A stretch of 63,377 nucleotides of DNA, filler included, from Stramenopiles sp. TOSAG23-2 (lineage: Eukaryota), in assembly GCA_900128395.1 (NCBI GenBank). It is 10 parts of 10 records of this genome, joined end to end, with 100 filler letters (N's around TTAATTAATTAA, not from the genome) between each part and the next. Parts side by side here need not be neighbours in the genome. Positions count along the whole stretch, not along the records: positions 1 to 6,276 come from LT650491.1; positions 6,377 to 12,652 come from LT650492.1; 8 more parts are not named here. One strand, given 5' to 3'. The notes beneath the pieces are model-generated. The model did no database searches and had not been told where the DNA came from. It saw nothing but the letters and a program-made list of their open reading frames with translations. The stretch's first letter is position 1. Each line of letters opens with the position of its first letter. This document shows positions 1 to 9,710 of this stretch, piece after piece. Made by a program: the position numbers and the translations under genes.

Positions 1-1
1 C

Positions 2-1825
2 GTATATACAAAATTGTGGCCAGAACCGAGGAGATGGAAGCCACGCTGTGGCGATGTATGGCCATGTTGTAGTAAAATCTTTCGAGAAACACAAATTGTA
101 CCGTTAGCGAACAATAATGAAAATACTACTACTACTACTACAAATAATAATAATAATAATAATAACGAAGGTAAAACAAGTAATAAAAATAACACTGATG
201 TTGGAGATGAAAAAATCAATGGAAAACAAAATTCTGATATGATAAACATTATCCCTGTTAACAAAAAAAATGAAATAAAGAAAGGAAATATCACTGAGAT
301 ATTTTTTGAAGATTATTATACACCAACATTATTTGGCGATATTAAAATGCGCTTAATCGTTGCATTTCTATTTATGGTCATGGTTGGTATTTTCTTGGCA
401 TTTGCTTTGCAAATTAGAGCATCAGAGAAAGATTTTAAAGCGGAAAGCTTTCCAAGTTCCAGTAATTTAATGAGAACACTCAATATTTTGGGTAGATTCG
501 AAGGGGAACAAGATTCTCAAGTTGGTTCGTTTCTATGGGGAATGGGTATAGATGGTTCAAAAGCAGTAAATCGAACAGGGATGGATACTAATAATCCACG
601 TGAATTTGGCTTGCCTGTTTATGATACGAATTTTAACCCATATACGCCTAAAGCACAACAACATGTAATTGATACGTGTAATATTTTTCGCAAAAATAAA
701 CATGTAAAACCAGATGCTATTTACAAAGATGAAGCTGGGGTTTACTGCTTCATGGAACACTTTTGTGATTGGGTACGTGCATTGAACGAAACCTTTCCAA
801 TACCAGAAAAAGCAAAATTGAACAGATTAATGGCCAATTTCATGAACCAACCTTCAAAGACTGTATGTGATTTGGGACAATATCCAGCAAACATATCTGG
901 TTGTGGTGAATATTATGAAACAATTAAAAAGTATCCAGCAACATTATGGATTGGTGCAGACAACTTACACAATGCATGGAATGGTTATGTACGATGGCAC
1001 AATGTAGAAAACAAAGATATAAAACCTGATATTGCTGCTATGTTTATTCACTTTAATGTTTCTATCTTCTGGGATACAGGTGCAATCTATGCAAGGCCAA
1101 TTGCAGATTCTTTAGAAGAATCTATGAAGGAAGCAAATGGTTTGATTGGCAATGATTTCCAAGGATTTCAATATATTCATAATTTATATGTAAACATGCG
1201 TACACAAGAAATTATGTATACTGCATCTTTCATTGGAGCAGCCGTTTCCGGATTGGTGGCTTTTGTAGTATTATCTCTTTCAACAATGAATATAATTATG
1301 GCAGCATATGCCATGATTAATATTTGTTTTATTGTCATATGTTGCATTGGTTTTATGGTAAGCATAGGTTGGGCACTAGGGACAATTGAAGGTATCTGCA
1401 TCACTATTTGTATTGGCTTTTCTGTTGATTTTGTAGTACATGTTGCTATTGCATATGTAGAAGCCGATATTTTATTAAATCGATATGAAAAAACAAAGAA
1501 AGCATTAGGGGAAATGGGAATATCAGTTCTTGGAGCTACCATAACAACAGGTATGAGCTCATTTATCATGGCTTTTTGTCCAATGATACCATTTTCAAAA
1601 ATCGGGATATTCATTTTATTTGATATATCTGTTTCATTACTTTTTGCCGTTGGATTGTTTCCAGCAATGCTAGCAACATTTGGCCCAGAAGGTAACAGTG
1701 GAAGTATTCAGCATATATTGTGTCATAAAAAATGTCCATGGAAAAGAAAAAAGAAGAAATTTACAAATAAAATTGTTGATGCTCGAAGTAGCGATGATGA
1801 ATCAAGTGATGCAGTAATGTTGTGA
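2..1825 (+). CDS. Dispatched/Patched-family RND transporter, C-terminal half (5'-partial)
   Basis: Frame is open from the window edge (VYTKLWPEP...). One TM, a large luminal loop, then five TMs with the RND/Dispatched motif 'IGFSVDFVVHVA' (GxxVD..H) and 'ALGEMGISVLGATITT'. Confidence 0.85.
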   Translation, partial: VYTKLWPEPRRWKPRCGDVWPCCSKIFRETQIVPLANNNENTTTTTTNNNNNNNNEGKTSNKNNTDVGDEKINGKQNSDMINIIPVNKKNEIKKGNITEIFFEDYYTPTLFGDIKMRLIVAFLFMVMVGIFLAFALQIRASEKDFKAESFPSSSNLMRTLNILGRFEGEQDSQVGSFLWGMGIDGSKAVNRTGMDTNNPREFGLPVYDTNFNPYTPKAQQHVIDTCNIFRKNKHVKPDAIYKDEAGVYCFMEHFCDWVRALNETFPIPEKAKLNRLMANFMNQPSKTVCDLGQYPANISGCGEYYETIKKYPATLWIGADNLHNAWNGYVRWHNVENKDIKPDIAAMFIHFNVSIFWDTGAIYARPIADSLEESMKEANGLIGNDFQGFQYIHNLYVNMRTQEIMYTASFIGAAVSGLVAFVVLSLSTMNIIMAAYAMINICFIVICCIGFMVSIGWALGTIEGICITICIGFSVDFVVHVAIAYVEADILLNRYEKTKKALGEMGISVLGATITTGMSSFIMAFCPMIPFSKIGIFILFDISVSLLFAVGLFPAMLATFGPEGNSGSIQHILCHKKCPWKRKKKKFTNKIVDARSSDDESSDAVML

Positions 1826-2139
1826 GGAGGTGGGAAAAATGCATTTTAAAGCTCGTTCGGTAAAAGATTTATTAAATTTTTATTTTTCTCTCTCTCCACA
1901 CAAATTTATTAAAAATATAAAAAATTCTCTAACTTATAAGTTAAAGATTTTATTTACTCATACTGTTATATTCACTATTCATATATGTAAATTAAATTAT
2001 ATAATGTGTAACTACCAAAAATAATATCATAATAAATTTAAATATATTATGATATGACATATTTTTATTTTAAATTTAAAATATTTTTTGAGTTATCATA
2101 TATTATAAAAAAAATACACACACACACACGCACGCATCA

Positions 2140-3033
2140 CTACACTTGACACTCATTTTTTTCCAACGGTGGCTTAGCAATTTGTGGAGGCAATAAATGA
2201 CCACTTGAAACGACTCTAAATGCTATTCTTTCAATCCAATTCTGTAACAAATCCATTTGATCAATAGATGACCAAAAATTAAATAAATCAAAATCGATAT
2301 TCATATTTTTATTATCAAAATGAAACACACGTAATAGTTGTGATTTACCTGATATAAGTCTACGAGATGTCGTATTCATTGGTAATGCATATAAATTAAT
2401 ACGTGGATGAATATTTCTAAAACAATCTTCCATTTCGCAATCCCTCTCGTAATTTTTATCATCATTGTGACACGACAACGTGTTTCTATTGATGGTGCCA
2501 TTTGTTATATTCGTTTGTTGTTTTTTCCCTTTATTATCATTATTATTACAATTTAAAGGCTTTTTGTTAATATCAAAACTTAATGTCATAAAATGTCTGA
2601 CTAACAACATGTCTTTATTATGAAACTTTTTTATTTTTAACAAAATAGATGCAGCTGAGTTTGGTAAACCATGAACCTCCGGTAAATATAATATATTTCC
2701 CCGTCTGATACTATTAGCAAAATACCCACTTAATGGCAAAGTAATCAAATCTGCTAATCCATTGTTTATATTTCGATTAATTACTTCTTCATGATTTGTG
2801 TACATTTGATATAATCCAGCTGCTTGTTGTATTCTATATTTTATACGATCAACAATTCCACTGGCATGTGCAGGTATTTTTCGTATCGATGGCCATGTTC
2901 GTTGCTCATATTTTACTTCTAAAAATCGATGAAGTGCTCTTGATAAATATCTCCATTGGCCAATATTTAAATATGGCGTATTCCGGTTGTATAAATGTGG
3001 CGGATACTGAATCAATGCTCCTGCAAAAAACAT
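2140..3033 (-). CDS. FOXRED2-like C-terminal region without the FAD-binding domain (truncated gene or pseudogene)
   Basis: 'MFFAGAL...WRYLSRALHRFLEVKYEQRTWP...IKYRIQQAAGLYQMY' resembles the FOXRED2 segment FRY..RA.HR.LE....WP...R.NEASGLYQMF. The frame is open upstream only to an in-frame TAA at 3119-3121. Confidence 0.55.
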   Translation of the reverse strand: MFFAGALIQYPPHLYNRNTPYLNIGQWRYLSRALHRFLEVKYEQRTWPSIRKIPAHASGIVDRIKYRIQQAAGLYQMYTNHEEVINRNINNGLADLITLPLSGYFANSIRRGNILYLPEVHGLPNSAASILLKIKKFHNKDMLLVRHFMTLSFDINKKPLNCNNNDNKGKKQQTNITNGTINRNTLSCHNDDKNYERDCEMEDCFRNIHPRINLYALPMNTTSRRLISGKSQLLRVFHFDNKNMNIDFDLFNFWSSIDQMDLLQNWIERIAFRVVSSGHLLPPQIAKPPLEKNECQV

Positions 3034-3681
3034 ATGTGATACATTTGATGAGAAATCATACGAATATTTAATTATATTTGTGTTTTCAATATTATATAAT
3101 TTTTCAAAAAACTTTGAGTTATTCTTTACATGTATTAATATTATAGTACTATTGTAAATATGTATCCAAATTAAAATATGATAAATTGTACAGTATATAT
3201 ATATATATATATATATATAATTATGTATGCACTATATGCATCAATATATATATTTGTTTCAGTAGAACCAATAATTTTGTACATATGCATATCACACGCA
3301 AACGTGCACACCTCTGGTACACATTATTGCGCATGCCGAAAACCTTATTTACAAAATCCGTCTTCCCCCTCCCCAGCTCTCTTTTTTTTTAGTTCATTCG
3401 TGTGTTTATAGACTAATAAGTACAATATGATATGTGAATTTTATGTGATTTTATATTTGTTCATTTTTAGGTAGGTCTAAGTCCAGTCCAGGCAGTTGTG
3501 CAACAACAATAAATAATACCAGGTATAATAATAATATTGTTGAATTTTAAAATTTAAGTTTATATATATAGATTGTAATACAAGATATCTAATCTTCTTA
3601 TCTATATATATAAGTAAATATCTATATAATTTCTTTTTTGTATTATTAAAACATTTTTGTAAAATTAGCAGTATCATAATA

Positions 3682-5805
3682 ATGAGAGCTGCACGTGATA
3701 TTAAAGATGCTAAGTCCGTTGAAAAGCGTGATAAAACCGAAGCTACAACGTGTAAATCCGACGTATTTCTTTTAGAAATGCGTGCTGATAAATTACGAAA
3801 ATATAGGCCACCAACTAGTAAATTACCAAGACAAATACGGCGACCCTCATTATCAAACGGGTCAAAAGTATCGGAGGAGAAAATTCAAAAAGTTATTGAA
3901 TCAAATCGTGTACCTCAACAAATTATAAAGCGTTATGAATACAAGTCAGTTGATGAAACAATATGTAAACTTGCAACAAAATTAGAATTACAACAACTAG
4001 TTGCTCAAAAAACTATGCTTGTTGAAAAATTATTAGTAGCTGTTACAGTTGGTGCTGAAAATGCAATTGATAGTAAAATGATTGAAGAAGTAGATAAAAC
4101 TTTTTCAAATAACGGCCCATCCTTAAGTCGTTTACCTAGTTTCATGGGTGTAGTTGACCGATGTTTACATTTACATAAATTATTGTGTGAAACAAAGGAA
4201 AAATTAAACAAAGCTGACATTCAGAATAATAAGTTATTGAAAGAAGCTAACGCACGTGTGCTTGCTCCAATAGCTAAAGGTGTATTTCCGCCATCAGCAA
4301 ACTCTAGCAATAGCAAGAACAACGACACCACCACCAATAATAATAACAACAACAACAAAAAAAATAACAATAATAATAATAATAATAGTAATCTAGAATC
4401 AAGAAAAGAAGAAGAGAAAAAACAATTGATTATGGAAGAATCGCAAGGCAGTAAGGATGAAGAAATATTAAACGAGTTGAAAGTCAAACATGAAAATGAG
4501 ATAAAAGAATTAAATAAAAAACTATCAAATTTAGAAAAACAACGAAAAGCCGCTGTCACAAGTATACGCGCTATGACAAATACAGTCAAAGCACATGAAA
4601 CACATATTTCTGATTTGGAAAATAAATTAAAGAATGAAATGAATAGAAACAATAACAATAAATTATTGCAAGAGCAGGAACAACAAGAGGAAGATAATCG
4701 TAATAATGAAAGAAATAACCAGAATGAAAAGGAGTATAAATTAAAACTGGCAGAAAAAGGCACGCAAATTACAGAATTGAACGCAAAATTGAAAGCCCTT
4801 GGTGTAAAATATGATACAATGAAGAAAGAATTTGATGTAAAGAACGAACATTGTGATACGTACAAAAAACAATTGGAAAAATTAGACAGTAAATTACAAA
4901 AGGAAATGGAAAAGAATCAAATCATTTTTGATTCAAATGATAAAATGACGAATGAAACTAATCAATATAAAGATCAACTAGATAATGCAAATATACAAAT
5001 TGAAAAATTGGAACAAAAGCTAACAAATGTCGAAAGTGAATTTGAAAGCACAAAACTCGAACTAAAATCTACTAGTGATGATTACCAAAAGTTGCTCGAA
5101 ACGTTGCAAGAAAGTTTAAATGAAAGGCAGAAAAGTAGCCAACATGAAGAAGAATTGCGTCTTTTAAAAATTGAATTGAAGGATATGAAGGAAAAATGGA
5201 CTACGCGAGAAAATGAATTGATTGAAGCAGGTGTCAATACATTAGCACGTGAGAAACAGTTCGAAAAAGAACGAAATGAAGCATTGAAGGAGCTGGAACG
5301 AATTAAGGTTCAATTGAAAACAGCGGTGGAGGTTCCAAAAATTATTGAAAGGTTGTCGAAAGAATCATCTGAACGCTATCACAATATGGTAAGCGAACAG
5401 AGTAAAGAATTGTCGAAATTGAGACAACAAATGTCTGTCGATGAAATGACAATTAAAAGTTTAAATGAAGAAATTAAGATATTGAAAAAACAAATCCAAG
5501 AATTAACAGATAGTCGGGGCGCTGCTTTAATGAAAGCAAGTGGTATGTCTCGTACTGAGTTTGAAGATACATTTGAAGCTGTTATGAGAGAAGAGTTTGA
5601 TGCGATGCGTGCAGCATATGAAAAGCGGCTTACTATGAAACAACATGAAATGGATAAAATTAAACGCACATGTAATAAAGAAGTCCGTGATGCCATTGAT
5701 AGTTCGAAACAAAAATTGGTGCGTTTGGAAATGGCAACGAGACGAAAGGATGCTGAAATAGAGAGTTTAACAGAAAAAATTTTAGGATCATCGAAGCAGA
5801 ATTAA
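3682..5805 (+). CDS. Long coiled-coil protein of unknown function with poly-Asn tract
   Basis: 707-aa ORF, E/K/L/Q-rich heptad pattern over most of its length, ATG start and TAA stop. Confidence 0.75.
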   Translation: MRAARDIKDAKSVEKRDKTEATTCKSDVFLLEMRADKLRKYRPPTSKLPRQIRRPSLSNGSKVSEEKIQKVIESNRVPQQIIKRYEYKSVDETICKLATKLELQQLVAQKTMLVEKLLVAVTVGAENAIDSKMIEEVDKTFSNNGPSLSRLPSFMGVVDRCLHLHKLLCETKEKLNKADIQNNKLLKEANARVLAPIAKGVFPPSANSSNSKNNDTTTNNNNNNNKKNNNNNNNNSNLESRKEEEKKQLIMEESQGSKDEEILNELKVKHENEIKELNKKLSNLEKQRKAAVTSIRAMTNTVKAHETHISDLENKLKNEMNRNNNNKLLQEQEQQEEDNRNNERNNQNEKEYKLKLAEKGTQITELNAKLKALGVKYDTMKKEFDVKNEHCDTYKKQLEKLDSKLQKEMEKNQIIFDSNDKMTNETNQYKDQLDNANIQIEKLEQKLTNVESEFESTKLELKSTSDDYQKLLETLQESLNERQKSSQHEEELRLLKIELKDMKEKWTTRENELIEAGVNTLAREKQFEKERNEALKELERIKVQLKTAVEVPKIIERLSKESSERYHNMVSEQSKELSKLRQQMSVDEMTIKSLNEEIKILKKQIQELTDSRGAALMKASGMSRTEFEDTFEAVMREEFDAMRAAYEKRLTMKQHEMDKIKRTCNKEVRDAIDSSKQKLVRLEMATRRKDAEIESLTEKILGSSKQN

Positions 5806-6276
5806 GATTGAATGTTATTTATTTGAGCATTAATATATATATATATATATACGAGGGGATCGTACAATATATTATATATATATATATACTATGCGCGAAA
5901 TATATATTTTTATATTTTAGTGCTTTATTTAAAATGACAGAAAGAGTATTTTTAATTTTATTCTAATTTAGGGTATAGAGTAAAATGTATAAATAGGGAA
6001 TATTATTAATAACAATAGTCGTCTATACTTGGTACTACGGGTAATTTGGATGTTATTAATCCGACAAGGTTTTCGGCCAATTTTTGAGAACTGACCAAAA
6101 TTTCATGCATACGTAGATTTCAGCCTTTGGACAGCACCACACAGTATTATTAATATTTGTGTTTATATTTGCTGTGGTGAGCACGCGTGTAACGCTGTCC
6201 AGCTGTGTCGTTTATTATTAATAATTCTAATTTTCTTTTTTCAAAATTCTGGTTGTGCACTTTTGTCCAGCTGTGC

Positions 6277-6376
6277 NNNNNNNNNNNNNNNNNNNNNNNN
6301 NNNNNNNNNNNNNNNNNNNNTTAATTAATTAANNNNNNNNNNNNNNNNNNNNNNNNNNNNNNNNNNNNNNNNNNNN
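6277..6376. other. Artificial scaffold spacer N44-TTAATTAATTAA-N44 (also at 12653-12752, 19029-19128, 25401-25500, 31769-31868, 38101-38200, 44429-44528, 50755-50854, 57069-57168)
   Basis: Nine identical 100-bp spacers whose 12-mer gives stops in all six frames. The intervening segments are ordered by non-increasing length. Confidence 0.98.
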
Positions 6377-6380
6377 ATAT

Positions 6381-8681
6381 TTATTCCCTCTTGGTATAGT
6401 TTCTAAAAAGCAAGACATCTCCTGTAACTGTTGCCAAACGTCGTAAAATTGTTTTACATATAGTTGGTGTTTCTGGATTTGGGCTATATAATCTTAATAT
6501 TTCGCCATGTTTACGTGCATACTTTGCAAGCATGTTTGCTAAAAATTCCCCTGACACGACTTTTCGTAAAACCATACCTGTATTTGCACGAATTGCAACT
6601 ACATGCAATTCACTTTCAATATCTACAATTTCAACAAAATAATAAAAATAACCAGAGAAATCTTTACATTCAATATCATAGAAATCAGGTAATTTCATCG
6701 TAGTTTGAAGTATGACTGTATGTTCCATTTTTTCTCTAAGTATGGTGTTAGAAGTGCCGCCAACTTTTATTCCTTCATCATATTTTGATTCTGTTGTAGA
6801 TGCAATTGACATAGCATCGTCTAAATCACTTTCTGTATCGGCATCTTGGCCAAATAATGTCACTTCGTTTATATGATCATTGTGTAAGCCATGGTGTTGA
6901 TTGCTTTTACCTGAAAAAATTGAAGATTTGGCATCTTTCGTGCGAACGATTAAAGAGGACATACTATTATCATGACGGAATATACTCATTGCATGAATTT
7001 TACCTTTTACCGCTCTTGCAACAGTTGCAAGCGATGTCCGTTGCTGACCTGGAATTTCATGTAAATTGGCAGCTGGTACTTGCCATGGAGATGCTGCGTG
7101 TGAAACCTTATACCTATTTTTCTCATTTGGAAGAGCAGAGTAAGTGCTACCAGTTGATCCATGTTGCTTACGCGACATGCTATCTAATTTATCACTTGGC
7201 ACCTCCGGATGATATTGATTTGGAGTCACGACCGATCGTTTCTTCTCTTCGTCTTCCAATTTGTCTTTGTGTTTTATTCTTCCAGGGGAAGATTTCGGCC
7301 TGAATATCGAACCTCCAAATTCTTGCAATTTCTCTAATGAGGTTATCGGCGCTAGTTCGGATTTACGTGGATCCAATGCATCTAAAAATTGTAATAATGG
7401 ACTATGTGATCTTCTACTTCTTGATGGAACGGCACTTGGCGGGGATTCTAACCGATTTCGTATGGATGCATATTGATTTAGAACGGTTGGAGTCGGAGTG
7501 TTTTGCAAGCCATTGATTAATGCATGAAATGCTAAAAATATAGATGCATCATGCATTAGCTTTGGTAACTCTTCGTGGGCCCAATTAATCGCATAATTTA
7601 TATGTTTGGAAATGAATTTTATATTGTCCATGTTATTATTGTCATTTGCGGCCGAATGTATACTTTTCATATTTGAAAATACATGTTTAGAAACTGTACC
7701 TGAAGATGCATGTAGGGTCCATATTGTTGTATGTTTTTTCTTTGGGTTTCTCTTTAAATTTACTAACAATAGAGCACCATTGTATTTTATAGTACATCGC
7801 AAAAAATGTTTATTTTTTTTCGCCGTATTATTATAAATTGTATCACCATCGTCCCTTCCGAAGCGCTCATGTACTTCTAATTCATCTACATTTGTTAACA
7901 AAGGTTCATTTAACTTTATATCTGGATCTAAGAATTGGTCAGGTGGCAATAGTGCAGGTAAAGGAAAAACTGCAGGAGGCACTTTATGTATGGGATCATT
8001 TTTTTCTAAATTAGTCGACGGGTACATTTCACGAGATTTTACGCTTGGAGACATGATAATTTCTTCAATCATATCTGTTATGTCGTCTTTAAATTTGACA
8101 CCTCGTTTTTTTCTTTTAGGCTTCTTTAAAATACTTTTCAAGCCGTTTATTGGTTTCCATTTAAAACCTGGCATTCTACGCCCTGTTCTTTGATCATATA
8201 ATTTTGGTAAAGCTTTGCTAAACATATGATGGTCTGTTTTCTTAGCAAATTTAGGTGTCATAAAATATTTGTCAGGCATGATTGGTTTCGGGGTCAGTTT
8301 TTGTCTTTTAACGCTTAGATCATTGCTATACTTGGTATCTTTATAATTGCGTTGTGGTGCCATTTTTGGCCACTGTCCTTCACGATTACTCTGTTCTGAG
8401 ACTCGAATTAAAGCTCTAGCACCTTCTGAGTTTTTCCCACGTGCTCTAGGATCATATTTTATGAATTCATCTAGCCATATGTCAAGCGATGCACTTGTGA
8501 CATCATAAGTTTTGGTTTGTCTAGTATTTCTTTGTTCATACAATTTTTCTTCCGAGATAGTATGTTGTGTTAAAATGCTCTGTCTTGATAATAAATCTCT
8601 TTCCAATATTCTATTCTCTTGACTGACTTGTTTTTTCTTTTTATTTTTCATTTTAATTAGCTCAGATACATTATACGACAT
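6381..8681 (-). CDS. Hypothetical protein (766 aa)
   Basis: Long uninterrupted ORF with ATG start. No family recognised. Confidence 0.65.
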   Translation of the reverse strand: MSYNVSELIKMKNKKKKQVSQENRILERDLLSRQSILTQHTISEEKLYEQRNTRQTKTYDVTSASLDIWLDEFIKYDPRARGKNSEGARALIRVSEQSNREGQWPKMAPQRNYKDTKYSNDLSVKRQKLTPKPIMPDKYFMTPKFAKKTDHHMFSKALPKLYDQRTGRRMPGFKWKPINGLKSILKKPKRKKRGVKFKDDITDMIEEIIMSPSVKSREMYPSTNLEKNDPIHKVPPAVFPLPALLPPDQFLDPDIKLNEPLLTNVDELEVHERFGRDDGDTIYNNTAKKNKHFLRCTIKYNGALLLVNLKRNPKKKHTTIWTLHASSGTVSKHVFSNMKSIHSAANDNNNMDNIKFISKHINYAINWAHEELPKLMHDASIFLAFHALINGLQNTPTPTVLNQYASIRNRLESPPSAVPSRSRRSHSPLLQFLDALDPRKSELAPITSLEKLQEFGGSIFRPKSSPGRIKHKDKLEDEEKKRSVVTPNQYHPEVPSDKLDSMSRKQHGSTGSTYSALPNEKNRYKVSHAASPWQVPAANLHEIPGQQRTSLATVARAVKGKIHAMSIFRHDNSMSSLIVRTKDAKSSIFSGKSNQHHGLHNDHINEVTLFGQDADTESDLDDAMSIASTTESKYDEGIKVGGTSNTILREKMEHTVILQTTMKLPDFYDIECKDFSGYFYYFVEIVDIESELHVVAIRANTGMVLRKVVSGEFLANMLAKYARKHGEILRLYSPNPETPTICKTILRRLATVTGDVLLFRNYTKRE

Positions 8682-9053
8682 GATCTATATTATATATATT
8701 ACAGTTGGTATTTGTTTGAGCCTAACAATAAATTATTCAATAAAAATCGATTACTGTAATGTTTCCCCCCAGAAATATAGGCAATATTGCCAAACATGAA
8801 AATTAGATTGAAATGATTATACCTTTTATTATAGCTCCGGCATATAGATGACTTATAGACTATTTGCCAGAAGAAAAAAAAGAAGAAGATAGATTATTGA
8901 AGTGGTAACTGATACATATTATATATCTCGCTGTTGTTGTATTTATTATTATTATTATTAATTTTACCTGCTGGTATACCAGTATACCTGTGGCATCCTC
9001 GTACTCTACTAGGAGCTACTTAAGCAATAAGTTACTCAGGAAACCTTAACGAG

Positions 9054-9627
9054 NNNNNNNNNNNNNNNNNNNNNNNNNNNNNNNNNNNNNNNNNNNNNNN
9101 NNNNNNNNNNNNNNNNNNNNNNNNNNNNNNNNNNNNNNNNNNNNNNNNNNNNNNNNNNNNNNNNNNNNNNNNNNNNNNNNNNNNNNNNNNNNNNNNNNNN
9201 NNNNNNNNNNNNNNNNNNNNNNNNNNNNNNNNNNNNNNNNNNNNNNNNNNNNNNNNNNNNNNNNNNNNNNNNNNNNNNNNNNNNNNNNNNNNNNNNNNNN
9301 NNNNNNNNNNNNNNNNNNNNNNNNNNNNNNNNNNNNNNNNNNNNNNNNNNNNNNNNNNNNNNNNNNNNNNNNNNNNNNNNNNNNNNNNNNNNNNNNNNNN
9401 NNNNNNNNNNNNNNNNNNNNNNNNNNNNNNNNNNNNNNNNNNNNNNNNNNNNNNNNNNNNNNNNNNNNNNNNNNNNNNNNNNNNNNNNNNNNNNNNNNNN
9501 NNNNNNNNNNNNNNNNNNNNNNNNNNNNNNNNNNNNNNNNNNNNNNNNNNNNNNNNNNNNNNNNNNNNNNNNNNNNNNNNNNNNNNNNNNNNNNNNNNNN
9601 NNNNNNNNNNNNNNNNNNNNNNNNNNN
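9054..9627. other. Within-scaffold assembly gap (574 N)
   Basis: Run of N without the spacer 12-mer. Confidence 0.97.
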
Positions 9628-9710
9628 TAACTTCTTTTCATTGCACGTACTAACTACATCTAAATGTAATACCAAGTGGATAACTAGAATAAGAAGATAT
9701 CAGATATATT

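Noticed and set aside
3119-3180. In-frame TAA/TAG upstream of the FOXRED2-like ORF as a sign of stop-codon reassignment
   Set aside because: Conserved genes in the window end properly at TAA, TAG and TGA and contain no internal stops.
9036-9675. ORF-track entries 9036-9641 and 9046-9675
   Set aside because: They consist almost entirely of N-gap translation.
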